64,000 nt of DNA. It comes from Nitrosopumilus sp. (GTDB taxonomy: Archaea; Thermoproteota; Nitrososphaeria; Nitrososphaerales; Nitrosopumilaceae). The translations under genes and the position numbers were made by a program. Below, piece by piece: positions 29,849 to 40,068 of the stretch. The stretch spans positions 928,001 to 992,000 of the forward strand of contig OZ245040.1 in the NCBI GenBank assembly GCA_965224195.1. Direction: 5' to 3'. The stretch's first letter is position 1, and every line of letters starts with the position of its first letter. The notes under the pieces are model-generated. The model ran no database searches and was not told where the DNA came from. It saw nothing but the letters and a program-made list of their open reading frames with translations.

Positions 29849-30903
29849 TTTTCTAAAATATATTCATCCGAAACTTCCATTCCAAAGTGTCTGCCTGTTG
29901 CAGGCTTTGAATGCACCATTACTGTGTCCCCTTTCTTTAGGTGTGTAACTGAAACTAGTTGTCCATTTGATTTTACAAAGCGAATTGTTTCTGCATCTTG
30001 TGCAATAATTCCGCCTGTTTCTCCTCCTACTGTAGCTTTTATCATCAACATTGGCCTGCGTTCGATCTTTGATCTTCCCACAGTAGCTCTTCTTGCCTTC
30101 CCTTTTGAATTAAGAATTAAAACTTCCGAACCTGTCTCTACTTCTGAGAGATAATTTGTTGTTCCATCTGGGGATAATGTGTAACAATGAACTGCACCTG
30201 CGTTTACTCTAAATGGTCTTGGTGATGTAAATGATGATCCTACTGATTCATTATGAACTAGAAACAAAAAGTTTGATCTACTGCCAATCAACATGCCTTC
30301 TCCTTTGTGAAGCATAGATGCTGTATCTACACAAACTCGTTCTCCATCTCCTACTTCTTTAATCTCTGTAATCTTTGCTGGCTTCATGTCGAAACTCTTT
30401 GTTCCCAAGTATACCATGACTTCACGAATTTCATTAATTGATGAAGTGTTAAAGATTACTCCATCTGCTCCTACTTCTAAAATTGAAAACATCTTCCTAA
30501 CTTCTTCAGGAGTTTTAGCTATGGCAAAGATCTTAGTGTGAATTTTATGTAATTTTGCAATAATATTTTCTAGTGGAATGATTTTCCAGTCTTTTACTTC
30601 TATAATTACAAAGTCTAATCCTTTTTTGGCTATGCTGAGAACATTTTCAATATCTGTGTTTGATAGAATTTGGAATTTTTTCCCAACTTTCTTACCCTTT
30701 GGTTTTGGACCATCTTTTTCTAATACGACATAATTTGCTGCACTAGAAGGAAATACTGTTTGAAGTTTGATTTTCCCCTTGCCTATCTTTTTTGGGTCAA
30801 GATACACCATTTTGATTCCTTCATTTATCAATTGAGGAAGAAGTTTAGCTAATTGTGCTTGTGACCCTTTGGGTGAAATTATTAATTCTCTTGATTTACT
30901 CAA
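29845..30903 (-). CDS. 3-dehydroquinate synthase II (archaeal AroB')
   Basis: GERVCVDT, GEGMLIGS, RPFRVNAGAVH, QDAETIR, GRHFG. Confidence 0.93.
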   Translation of the reverse strand: MSKSRELIISPKGSQAQLAKLLPQLINEGIKMVYLDPKKIGKGKIKLQTVFPSSAANYVVLEKDGPKPKGKKVGKKFQILSNTDIENVLSIAKKGLDFVIIEVKDWKIIPLENIIAKLHKIHTKIFAIAKTPEEVRKMFSILEVGADGVIFNTSSINEIREVMVYLGTKSFDMKPAKITEIKEVGDGERVCVDTASMLHKGEGMLIGSRSNFLFLVHNESVGSSFTSPRPFRVNAGAVHCYTLSPDGTTNYLSEVETGSEVLILNSKGKARRATVGRSKIERRPMLMIKATVGGETGGIIAQDAETIRFVKSNGQLVSVTHLKKGDTVMVHSKPATGRHFGMEVSDEYILEK

Positions 30904-31678
30904 TTTTTTTCATTGCTTCCTTTGCTGTTCCTTTTCTGAAAATTATTTCGGCTAGTGCTTCTACCATTTTTTCAGGTGTTTTATGTGCAAAGATATTTCT
31001 ACCATATGTGACTCCTTTAGCTCCTGCAGTCATTGCATCTTCAGTCATTTGAAGAATATCTAAATCTGTTTTAGCTTTTGGTCCGCCAGCAATTACAATT
31101 GGAACTGGTGTGCTTTTTACAATTTTTGCAAATGAATCAATATCACCTGTGTAGAATGTTTTTACAATATCTGCACCACACTCTGCTCCTATTCTTGCAA
31201 CATGTGCAACAACTTCTGGATCATGCGGGTTTTTGATATTTTCCCCTCTTGGATACATCATTGCTAAAAGTGGCATTCCCCATTTGTGACATTGATCTGC
31301 AGTCATTCCGAGCTGCTCTAACATCTCTGGTTCTTCCTTACCTCCGATATTGATGTGTAATGAAACTCCATCAGCTCCCATAGCTGCTGCTTCTTTTACT
31401 GTTCCAGTTAACATTTTGCGATTTGGTGCTAGTGATAATGATGTACTACTTGAAAAATGAACTAAAATTCCTATTTTGGTTGGTTTTGGTAATGCTTTGA
31501 TAATCCCTTTGTTGATAATTACACTTGTAAGTCCGTGTCCTTCACATTTGTAAATTGCTGATATTGGATCTTCAAGGCCTTCAATAGGTCCGTTAGAAAT
31601 ACCGTGATCCATTGGAATACAAAGCATTCTTCCTTTTCTAAGAATTCGATTAAGTCTAATTTGATTTCCTGATACCAT
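30896..31678 (-). CDS. 2-amino-3,7-dideoxy-D-threo-hept-6-ulosonate synthase (archaeal AroA', DhnA-type aldolase)
   Basis: PMDHG, MMYPRG, GADIVKT, AGGPK, GRNIF; adjacent to DHQ synthase II. Confidence 0.9.
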   Translation of the reverse strand: MVSGNQIRLNRILRKGRMLCIPMDHGISNGPIEGLEDPISAIYKCEGHGLTSVIINKGIIKALPKPTKIGILVHFSSSTSLSLAPNRKMLTGTVKEAAAMGADGVSLHINIGGKEEPEMLEQLGMTADQCHKWGMPLLAMMYPRGENIKNPHDPEVVAHVARIGAECGADIVKTFYTGDIDSFAKIVKSTPVPIVIAGGPKAKTDLDILQMTEDAMTAGAKGVTYGRNIFAHKTPEKMVEALAEIIFRKGTAKEAMKKIE

Positions 31679-31835
31679 GATTTGATCTGATTTTTGTGCC
31701 CTACTTAAAAATAACGTGAATCTTTGAACTCATATTTCTCAAAAATTGCGCACAAATCACTCATTTTTCTAATTTCTTTTTTTGTTTATCATTTCTATCA
31801 AGGATTAAATAGAAATTCTAAAGGATTATGATTAC

Positions 31836-32954
31836 TTGAGTCAGACAACTGAGCAGATACAAAAAAGCGATATTAAAGATATTTTGGATAATTCTCTTCA
31901 TAGCAAGAGACCTGGTCCTGAAGATATCTTGAGATTATTGGAATCAGATGATGTTCATTTTATGGGTCTTACTGCTGGCCATATTACAAGAAAACAATTT
32001 GGCAAAAAAGCATCTTTCGTAAATAATATTATTTTGAATTACACAAATATCTGTATTACTGATTGCAAGTTTTGTGCATTTTATAGATCTCCTGGCGCTG
32101 AGGATTCTTACACCTTAACTCTTGATGAAATTGAAACTAGAGTCAAAACATCTTATGACATGTTTAAGATTAGACAGGTTTTGATTCAAGGTGGCCATAA
32201 TCCTAATTTAAAAATTGAATATTATGAAGATGCATTTAGAATGATTAGAGAAAAATTCCCCACAGTTGGAGTTCATGGACTATCTACATCTGAAATTGAC
32301 ATGATTGCAAGAGTTGAAAAATCCTCAACTAAAGAAATTTTATCTAGATTAAAAGATGCTGGATTACAATCCATTCCTGGGGCTGGTGCTGAAATCTTAA
32401 CTGATTCAGTTAAAGAAATTATCAGTCCTAAAAAAATCTCTAGTGCTGATTGGATTAGAATTATGGATGAGGCACATTCTCTTGGTATTCCTGGATCTGC
32501 AACAATGATGTATGGTAGTGTAGAGAACAATAATGATATTGTTGAGCACTTTTCTAAAATTGTAAAATTACAAGAAAAAACTAAAGGCTTCATGGCATTC
32601 ATTCCATGGAATTTTGAACCAAACAATACCTTGATGCAAGAAGAAGGCATTGTGGATTATGGAACTGGTGGAACCCAGCTACTGAAAATGATTGCAATAT
32701 CTAGATTAGTTCTTGATGGACTAATCCCACATATTCAATCTTCATGGCTAACTAATGGAGTTGGTATGGCTCAACTTGCATTACAATATGGTGCTGATGA
32801 CTTTGGTGGTACACTCATTGGAGAAGAAGTGGTTTCATGTACTGGTGCATGTTCAACTGAACTAACTGATAAAATAATTATTGATGCTATCCATCAAATT
32901 GGCTATCAAGTAGAAGAGCGAGATAATTTCTATAATCCTATTTCTGTATCATAA
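31836..32954 (+). CDS. mqnC: Radical SAM cyclic dehypoxanthine futalosine synthase (MqnC-like)
   Basis: NYTNICITDCKFCAF, QGG.NP, FMAFIPWNF, HIQSSW, YGADDFGGT; next to a UbiD-family gene. Confidence 0.8.
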   Translation: MSQTTEQIQKSDIKDILDNSLHSKRPGPEDILRLLESDDVHFMGLTAGHITRKQFGKKASFVNNIILNYTNICITDCKFCAFYRSPGAEDSYTLTLDEIETRVKTSYDMFKIRQVLIQGGHNPNLKIEYYEDAFRMIREKFPTVGVHGLSTSEIDMIARVEKSSTKEILSRLKDAGLQSIPGAGAEILTDSVKEIISPKKISSADWIRIMDEAHSLGIPGSATMMYGSVENNNDIVEHFSKIVKLQEKTKGFMAFIPWNFEPNNTLMQEEGIVDYGTGGTQLLKMIAISRLVLDGLIPHIQSSWLTNGVGMAQLALQYGADDFGGTLIGEEVVSCTGACSTELTDKIIIDAIHQIGYQVEERDNFYNPISVS

Positions 32955-34391
32955 TCCATAACTGGACCATTTAGAATCTACTAGATCTTTTGTCTTATCA
33001 TCAACTTTGACTAGTTGTTGAATTTCTCTTTCATATCCTTCTTCTTTGGTTTTTTGAGTTGCATCAATTCCCATCTTCGAACCCAGGTTCACTAATGGTG
33101 ATGCTGGATCTAGTGTGTCTGTTGGGGTGTTGTTGATTATTGTAGTGTCTCTTGCTGCATCTGCTCTTATAGTAATTGCCCAAATTACATCATTGATGTC
33201 ATGAACATTGATGTCCTCATCTACAACAACGAACATTTTTGTAAGTGATAACTGTCCCATTCCCCAAAGACCCATCATGACTTTTTTTGCTTGACCTGGA
33301 TACCTTTTTTTAATTGATATGATTGCAAATCCTTGGAACCATCCTGCTGCTGGCATGCTAAAGTCTATTACTTCTGGATGGAACATTTGAATTAGTGGCA
33401 AAAATGAACGCTCAATTACTTTGCCAATGAATGCATCTTCTAGAATTGGCTTTCCGACAACTGTTGTAACGTATATTGGATCTTTCCTTCGCATTATTCC
33501 TGTTAGGGTAAATGTTGGATATGGTTCAACTGGGGTATAGTATCCAGTGTGGTCTCCAAATGGCCCTTCGTCTCTAATGTCTGCTGGATCTACGTATCCT
33601 TCTAAAACAATCTCTGCATTTGCTGGAACATCTAAATCGATTGTTTTGCACTTTACCGTTTTGATTCCTTCTTTTCTTGTAATTCCTGCAAAAAGATACT
33701 TGTCTAACCCTTCTGGAACTGGAGCAATTGATGAAAATATTGTGGCAGGCTCTCCTCCAATGATAATTGCAGTGGGAATTTTCTCTCCTTTCTCTTTTGA
33801 AATATCGCTGTGATGTGCACCTCTTTTGTGTTTTTGCCAGTGCATTAATGCATGTGTTTTATCTACAATTTGCATTCTGTAAACTCCGAGATTTCTAACT
33901 CCTGTTTCTGGATGTTTAGTTGCAACTAGTCCTAAAGTGATGAATCGACCTGCATCATCAGGCCATGATTTTAGAATTGGTATGTCATCAAATGATGCAT
34001 CACTTGATGTAATCTCAGTTACTGGCCCACTTGTTTCTGCTTTAGGAAATGATGCAGTCATTTTGTTAAGTTCTGGAAGTTTTTTAATTTTATTTAGTAA
34101 TCCTGATGGCATGTCCATCTTTGTCATATCTACAATACGTTGACCAATTTCTGTAAAGTCTGTCATTTCTAGTCCAATTTCTAATCTCTTCATAGAACCA
34201 AATGCATTTCCTAAAACTGGAATATTGTATCCTTTTACATTTTCAAAAAGTATTGCTGGACCGTTTGAATACATTTCACGTCTCATGATTTCAGCAATTT
34301 CTAAATCTGAATCAACTTCTGTTTTGACTCTCTTTAGTTCTCCATGCTTTTCAAGTTCTACGATGAAATCTCTAATATCTTCTATTCCCAC
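32949..34391 (-). CDS. UbiD-family (menaquinone biosynthesis) decarboxylase
   Basis: RNLGVYRMQ, EIVLEG, EGPFGDHTGYY, VVDEDI, SKMGIDAT. Confidence 0.92.
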   Translation of the reverse strand: MGIEDIRDFIVELEKHGELKRVKTEVDSDLEIAEIMRREMYSNGPAILFENVKGYNIPVLGNAFGSMKRLEIGLEMTDFTEIGQRIVDMTKMDMPSGLLNKIKKLPELNKMTASFPKAETSGPVTEITSSDASFDDIPILKSWPDDAGRFITLGLVATKHPETGVRNLGVYRMQIVDKTHALMHWQKHKRGAHHSDISKEKGEKIPTAIIIGGEPATIFSSIAPVPEGLDKYLFAGITRKEGIKTVKCKTIDLDVPANAEIVLEGYVDPADIRDEGPFGDHTGYYTPVEPYPTFTLTGIMRRKDPIYVTTVVGKPILEDAFIGKVIERSFLPLIQMFHPEVIDFSMPAAGWFQGFAIISIKKRYPGQAKKVMMGLWGMGQLSLTKMFVVVDEDINVHDINDVIWAITIRADAARDTTIINNTPTDTLDPASPLVNLGSKMGIDATQKTKEEGYEREIQQLVKVDDKTKDLVDSKWSSYGL

Positions 34392-34431
34392 ATTGATTCT
34401 CTAGTCAGATCAAGTATAAGCTTAACTGGTT

Positions 34432-34806
34432 TTACATTGGCGGAAGTTCTGTTTTTCTATCATGTCCACCAGAACCAAATTTACAATAAAAACACAATTC
34501 TGATTCCATATACTTTAATTGCTCAACTTGAATTGCTCCTAATTTTAGTGCAATTTTTGTTAGAATTTTATATTTTAATGGCATTGCGGGAATTACTTCA
34601 TCCATGTATACTCTGTAATGATCTGGACAGAACTTTAGAGTGACTTTTGATGGCTCTTTGCCTTTTTCATTAACTTGCTTTGTAAAGTTGATCTGTTCTC
34701 TAATGTATTCATGCTTTGGACATGGACAGTCTTTTCCTCCTGGATGTTTGTAGGCTGGAGTATTCTTCCAATCAAAATCTGGAAATTCTTTTTCAAAGTC
34801 ATCCAT
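34432..34806 (-). CDS. Conserved hypothetical Cys/His metal-binding protein
   Basis: CPCPKH, FCPDH and CFYC motifs. Confidence 0.7.
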   Translation of the reverse strand: MDDFEKEFPDFDWKNTPAYKHPGGKDCPCPKHEYIREQINFTKQVNEKGKEPSKVTLKFCPDHYRVYMDEVIPAMPLKYKILTKIALKLGAIQVEQLKYMESELCFYCKFGSGGHDRKTELPPM

Positions 34807-34902
34807 GCCATCAAATATCCAAATTAGCATATAAAACTTGATTAAAATTAGTTGGCGTAATCAACCCAAATGTACATAAACCCCAGATTGGTCATCAAAA
34901 TT

Positions 34903-35592
34903 ATGGCAGCTGCTAAAAAGCAAACAAAACAAGATCTTGAAAACAAGATTGCCGAATTAGAAGCAAAGCTAAACAAACTTTCTACTCAGCTAGAATCTAA
35001 ACCAGCTGAAGTAAAGCCAGCAGAAACTAAACCTGCTGAGGTAAAACCAGCTGAGACCAAACCAAAAGGTACACTACCTAAAGGTACGGATACAAAACCA
35101 GCTGAAGTAAAGCCAGCTGAGAGACCTGCAGCAACTACCAAACCAAAAGGTACACTACCTAAAGGAACGGAAGAAAAACCAGCAGAAGCTCCAAAACCAG
35201 CTGAAACTACATCACAACCTCCAGCAACTGTACAAGACGCATTAGAGAATGCATACATGACTGCTCCTATGACATCATTCCATGATTATAGAGCAAAAGT
35301 CACAGGCTATTCTCCAGCTCCTAACAGATACTTTGTCAGACTAACTGCTCCTGTAGGTAAAGTCCCAACCAAAAATTGGAATGATCAAAAAGCAGTAGTA
35401 ACAGGTTACACTGCACCATCAAACCAATACTTTGCAACAAGAGCAAGAATGGCATACCATCCTGCTGATAAAACATTTGGAAGTTTTAGTGGAATCAATA
35501 TGTCAGTTGAAGGCGTTGATGCACCAGCACAACAAACTCCAACTCCAGAACCACCAAAGCCTGCAAAAGGTACACTACCAAAAGGTTTCTAA
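34903..35592 (+). CDS. Low-complexity KPAE/GTLPKG-repeat protein, paralog 1
   Basis: N-terminal coiled coil, KPAE(V/T) repeats, 3 GTLPKG motifs. Confidence 0.8.
   Translation: MAAAKKQTKQDLENKIAELEAKLNKLSTQLESKPAEVKPAETKPAEVKPAETKPKGTLPKGTDTKPAEVKPAERPAATTKPKGTLPKGTEEKPAEAPKPAETTSQPPATVQDALENAYMTAPMTSFHDYRAKVTGYSPAPNRYFVRLTAPVGKVPTKNWNDQKAVVTGYTAPSNQYFATRARMAYHPADKTFGSFSGINMSVEGVDAPAQQTPTPEPPKPAKGTLPKGF
35094..35586 (+). repeat. 493-bp direct repeat, copy 1
   Basis: Near-identical to 36107-36599; about 4 substitutions seen by eye. Confidence 0.9.
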
Positions 35593-35660
35593 TTCAATTA
35601 CGCCCTTTATTTTATATTTTTAAAAGTAATATTCATCTCTGATCATATTCTATATCATAC

Positions 35661-35852
35661 ATGGCTCCAAAAATCAAATGTCCTAACTGTCAACAAAATG
35701 AATGGCTTGAAAACAATGAACTAAGCTATCTCCCAACAGTTATGAAAATGGATGATGGAACTTATGCTGCAGATCCTAATAATGGAATTCACGTTAGATT
35801 GTGGCGTTGTAACAATTGCATGTATATGCTGCAATTTTGGGAACCTGATTAA
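35661..35852 (+). CDS. Small zinc-ribbon protein (63 aa)
   Basis: CPNC...CNNC. Confidence 0.75.
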   Translation: MAPKIKCPNCQQNEWLENNELSYLPTVMKMDDGTYAADPNNGIHVRLWRCNNCMYMLQFWEPD

Positions 35853-35963
35853 TAACAAACTAATGTAATTTTTACAAAATATTGTCGAATTTTACTAATT
35901 AATTTGAACAAAGATTTTGGATGATCAAAATGTAAATAAACAATGCAATGTTTACTGTAAGGA

Positions 35964-36875
35964 ATGGCAGCAAAAAGCAAAGCAAGTACAAAAAAGGATC
36001 TAGAATCCAAAATTGCTGAACTAGAGGCAAAATTAACAAAATTAGCAACACAGCTTGAATCTAAACCAGCTAAAGTAAAGCCAGCAGAAACTAAACCTGC
36101 TGAGGTAAAACCAGCTGAAGTAAAGCCAGCTGAGAGACCTGCAGCAACTACCAAGCCAAAAGGTACACTACCTAAAGGAACGGAAGAAAAACCAGCAGAA
36201 GCTCCAAAATCAGCTGAAACTACATCACAACCTCCAGCAACTGTACAAGACGCATTAGAGAATGCATACATGACTGCTCCTATGACATCATTCCATGATT
36301 ATAGAGCAAAAGTCACAGGCTATTCTCCAGCTCCTAACAGATACTTTGTCAGACTAACTGCTCCTGTAGGTAAAGTCCCAACCAAAAATTGGAATGATCA
36401 AAAAGCAGTAGTAACAGGTTACACTGCACCATCAAACCAATACTTTGCAACAAGAGCAAGAATGGCATACCATTCTGCTGATAAAACATTTGGAAGTTTT
36501 AGTGGAATCAATATGTCAGTTGAAGGCGTTGATGCACCAGCACAACAAACTCCAACTCCAGAACCACCAAAGCCTGCAAAAGGTACACTACCAAAGGGTA
36601 TGGGGAAAACATCACCACAACAACAATCAACAAATGTTGCTGATGATGGAAAGTCTAGAGGAGATAAACTTGCAGACTATGAAGCAGATTACTTGCAAAG
36701 ACTTGAACAACAAAGAATAGATGAAGAAAAAGCCTTTGATGAATTACTAGAAGCAGAATCTAAAGCACGCTCTACCGCTAGTAGAGGCACTTTACCAAAA
36801 GGTTTTGAACCAAAACCAGAAGCAGAACCTGAAGCACCAAAAGCATCTAAAGGTACACTACCAAAAGGTTTCTAA
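35964..36875 (+). CDS. Low-complexity KPAE/GTLPKG-repeat protein, paralog 2, with an extra acidic helical segment
   Basis: Same architecture as paralog 1; 4 GTLPKG motifs. Confidence 0.8.
   Translation: MAAKSKASTKKDLESKIAELEAKLTKLATQLESKPAKVKPAETKPAEVKPAEVKPAERPAATTKPKGTLPKGTEEKPAEAPKSAETTSQPPATVQDALENAYMTAPMTSFHDYRAKVTGYSPAPNRYFVRLTAPVGKVPTKNWNDQKAVVTGYTAPSNQYFATRARMAYHSADKTFGSFSGINMSVEGVDAPAQQTPTPEPPKPAKGTLPKGMGKTSPQQQSTNVADDGKSRGDKLADYEADYLQRLEQQRIDEEKAFDELLEAESKARSTASRGTLPKGFEPKPEAEPEAPKASKGTLPKGF
36107..36599 (+). repeat. 493-bp direct repeat, copy 2
   Basis: Near-identical to 35094-35586. Confidence 0.9.
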
Positions 36876-36905
36876 TCTATCTACAATCTTTTCTTTTACT
36901 TATTT

Positions 36906-37370
36906 TTATTTTAAATTTAGAAAATCTTCTAAAACATCTTTAGAATGTCCTGCAGGTTTTACCTTGGGATATATTTTAAAAATTTTTCCCTTTTCATTTA
37001 CAAGAAATGTGCTTCTCATAACACCCATGTATTCACGTCCCATGAATTTCTTCTTCCCCCAAACACCAAATGAATTTGAGACTTCTTTGTCGACATCTGC
37101 TAATAGTGGATATTTGATTTTCATTTTATCACAGAATTTTTTGTGAGAGTCTACATCGTCTGGACTGACTCCGATGATTTCTATTCCTTCTTTTTGGAAT
37201 TTTTTATAATCTTTAGAAAACTCATCAGCTTCTGTAGTGCACCCTGGAGTGAAATCCTTTGGGTAAAAGTAGATGACATGTTTTTTGCCGTTAAAATCAC
37301 TAGACTTTACTTTGTTACCATTTGCATCATTTACTGCAAATTTTGGAACAGAATCGCCTTCAGAAACCAT
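36906..37370 (-). CDS. bcp: Peroxiredoxin, Bcp/PrxQ family
   Basis: YFYPKDFTPGCTTEA, SHKKF, RSTFLV. Confidence 0.92.
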   Translation of the reverse strand: MVSEGDSVPKFAVNDANGNKVKSSDFNGKKHVIYFYPKDFTPGCTTEADEFSKDYKKFQKEGIEIIGVSPDDVDSHKKFCDKMKIKYPLLADVDKEVSNSFGVWGKKKFMGREYMGVMRSTFLVNEKGKIFKIYPKVKPAGHSKDVLEDFLNLK

Positions 37371-37473
37371 GTATTCTAAAATGGATTTATCCATAATTAA
37401 TTACTTTTTGAGATCAATAGATCCAAATTCAAGGTCGAATCTTTTATATGGATATACGCGAGGCTTTAGCTTA

Positions 37474-38178
37474 ATGGTTAATCCAAGAGCATATCTTGCA
37501 GAAGCAATTGCAACTTATGGTTTAGTATTCTTTGGTCCTCTTTCAGTAATTCTAGCAGTTTCTGCATTTGGAGAAGAACTAACAACACAATCCGTATTGT
37601 TCATTTCTCTTGGACACGGTGGTGCCATTGCTTTGATGGTTTATGCATTCGGACATGTTTCTGGTGCTCACATTAATCCAGCAGTTACAATTCCTATGAT
37701 AATCACAAAAAAGATTGGAATTGTCGATGGAGTTGGGTATATTATTTCACAATTAATCGGTGCAGTAGCCGCAGCTGCAACACTTGCAGCAATATTGCCT
37801 GAGCTTGGCGCCAAAGTTAACTTTGCAACTCAAGGCGGTCCAAGTGACTTAATCAACAATAGTATTGGTTCTGGATTTGCAATTGAGGCAATCTTGACAT
37901 TCTTTCTAGTCACTGTAATCTTTATGGTCGCTGTTCACAAAAAAGCAACTCCTGGAATTCAAGGACTTGCAATTGGTGGAATGGTTTTCCTAATTCACTT
38001 AGTTGCAGTACCTTTAACAGGTGCATCAGTAAATCCTGCAAGAACATTTGGCCCTGCTTTAATTTCTGGATTCTGGGAATTCCATTGGTTATACTGGGCA
38101 GCCCCAATCTTGGGTGGAATTATAGCTGGTTTGATAATGAATTATGTTTATACCAAGCCTGCAGAAAAAGAAGCATAA
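37474..38178 (+). CDS. Aquaporin (MIP family)
   Basis: SGAHINPAVT and GASVNPART NPA motifs. Confidence 0.95.
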   Translation: MVNPRAYLAEAIATYGLVFFGPLSVILAVSAFGEELTTQSVLFISLGHGGAIALMVYAFGHVSGAHINPAVTIPMIITKKIGIVDGVGYIISQLIGAVAAAATLAAILPELGAKVNFATQGGPSDLINNSIGSGFAIEAILTFFLVTVIFMVAVHKKATPGIQGLAIGGMVFLIHLVAVPLTGASVNPARTFGPALISGFWEFHWLYWAAPILGGIIAGLIMNYVYTKPAEKEA

Positions 38179-38217
38179 TCCTAACGTTTTTAAAAATTTG
38201 AACTTTTAATTTTTCAT

Positions 38218-38655
38218 ATGACATCTTCTGATTCTATTTCTCAAATGTTTGATTCTGAATCTCAAAAACTCCAAAATCTCATTGATACTGCAAATTTAAA
38301 AACTGATATGAATATTCATGAAATTGTAGAGACGTACTACCAAGTCATGAATGTCTCATCTATGGCTACAATGCTTAAACAACAGGCTGATTCTGAGCCT
38401 AATTCTTTGTTGTCAAAAATACAAGAAACTGAGAAAATGATTTCTGACAAATTTGATTCTATAATACATCCAAAAATTTTGGCAAAAATATCTCTAGTAA
38501 TCCAAGAAATGACAAAAAATTTACAATCCGGAAATTCTGGAGAAAAATCAAAAGAACAAACAGAATCTGATGCAAAATTGTTTGAGGAATTACGTCAAAC
38601 TATGAGTACCAAAGAATTTGTTGAACAATATGAGAATGAAATTTCTCATGATTGA
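38218..38655 (+). CDS. Hypothetical helical protein
   Basis: 145-aa ORF with host-like codon use, overlapping the next start. Confidence 0.7.
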   Translation: MTSSDSISQMFDSESQKLQNLIDTANLKTDMNIHEIVETYYQVMNVSSMATMLKQQADSEPNSLLSKIQETEKMISDKFDSIIHPKILAKISLVIQEMTKNLQSGNSGEKSKEQTESDAKLFEELRQTMSTKEFVEQYENEISHD

Positions 38656-39469
38656 AGAACTTGCAGAAAACTTAGTTGAACTCAAAAAAGAATTTGTTAG
38701 AATCTATGATGGTAAAAGTCAGATACAAGAAGTAATTCCAAAATCAAAATCAGAACTATTTCCAATTGAAGAAGCTCATTTAGATTTGTTACACCAATTT
38801 GCAACAAAGAATCCCATCTATTACAATTCTTTTGAAAAAAAAATTGGTTCAGTTGATTGTATCGTATATGAGGGAGACATTAACAAATATTGGCTAAACA
38901 GTATTCAGCACGGTTCAAGTAAAGCTCCGTTTTCTCCTACTTGGATATTATCTGGATATATTGGAGCAATGTTTGCAAAGGAATTGGGATACTTGCAAGT
39001 AATTGATATTGGTTCAGGTGATGGACGAATTGCATATTGTGCAAAAATTCTTGATTTGGAATCATACAGTATTGAAATTGATGATATGTTAGTTGATTTG
39101 CAAAATCTCCTAACTTCCATACTGAACTTTCATCCTTACTGTGCAGATGCTATTTCTTTTAATTATTCTTCTCTGAATCTTTTGCAACCTATCTTTTTCA
39201 TTGGAGGATTAGCACAAATGGGTGGAATTTTTCTTGCAACTGGAGTGTTAGATAAAATCAATTCGATATCTAATTTGAAACAGAATTCTGGATGGGTGTT
39301 TGCAGGAACTCTATCTCAAAAATATACGCCTGATCCTAAAAATGAGGCTGGATGGGGTACATTCATTGAAAAAAATAATCTAAAATCAATTCAAAATATT
39401 TCATTACCTGCTGCTTGGACTATTCATGAATCTGATGATGTACAATACATTTTTGCAGAATCTAACTAA
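38648..39469 (+). CDS. Putative SAM-dependent methyltransferase
   Basis: VIDIGSGDGRI motif I followed by SIEID. Confidence 0.7.
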   Translation: MIEELAENLVELKKEFVRIYDGKSQIQEVIPKSKSELFPIEEAHLDLLHQFATKNPIYYNSFEKKIGSVDCIVYEGDINKYWLNSIQHGSSKAPFSPTWILSGYIGAMFAKELGYLQVIDIGSGDGRIAYCAKILDLESYSIEIDDMLVDLQNLLTSILNFHPYCADAISFNYSSLNLLQPIFFIGGLAQMGGIFLATGVLDKINSISNLKQNSGWVFAGTLSQKYTPDPKNEAGWGTFIEKNNLKSIQNISLPAAWTIHESDDVQYIFAESN

Positions 39470-39507
39470 TAGCAATCCAAATTAAGCCTAAATTTCCAAA
39501 ACTTTTT

Positions 39508-39582
39508 GGACTCGTTGCATAGCTTGGATAGTGCGATTGCTTGCGGAGCAATAGGTCGTCGGTTCGAATCCGATCGGGTCCG
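39508..39582 (+). tRNA. tRNA-Arg(GCG)
   Basis: Acceptor GGACTCG/CGGGTCC; anticodon arm ATTGC-TTGCGGA-GCAAT; T-arm GGTTCGAATCC. Confidence 0.93.
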
Positions 39583-40068
39583 TTCTCTTGTCTTGATTAT
39601 AATTTTAAACAATTCAAATTACAATACTAATTGGAAAAATTATGGGTGTGGAACTTGAGCTTGAATCTGGCACCATTATAGACGCACAATTTCAATAATT
39701 TTAGGATTTTTTAGAAACAACTTGTAGGCCTACTCTTTCGTAATATCTTGTGACAGGCATGATCTTAAATTGAATTTTGTGCTAAAGAATCCATGATGAT
39801 AGGTGTCACAAAATTAAGAACACCTCAACAAGTATCAAAAAAGATGATAAATGAAGAGAGAACGATTATGGATTTAGAGCTGGCAATTAAAAAAGAACAG
39901 TTCAGAAATACCCTGATAGAGAAATATGATTTTGATGAATGATATACAAAAGTTACAGACACGGCATCACATGAACTTGATATGTATGCTGTATGCTGGT
40001 GTACAGAATAATCTTGATAATTCCAAATTAATTAAAACTTTATTCTACTAGTCGGGTCAATAAGTTTT

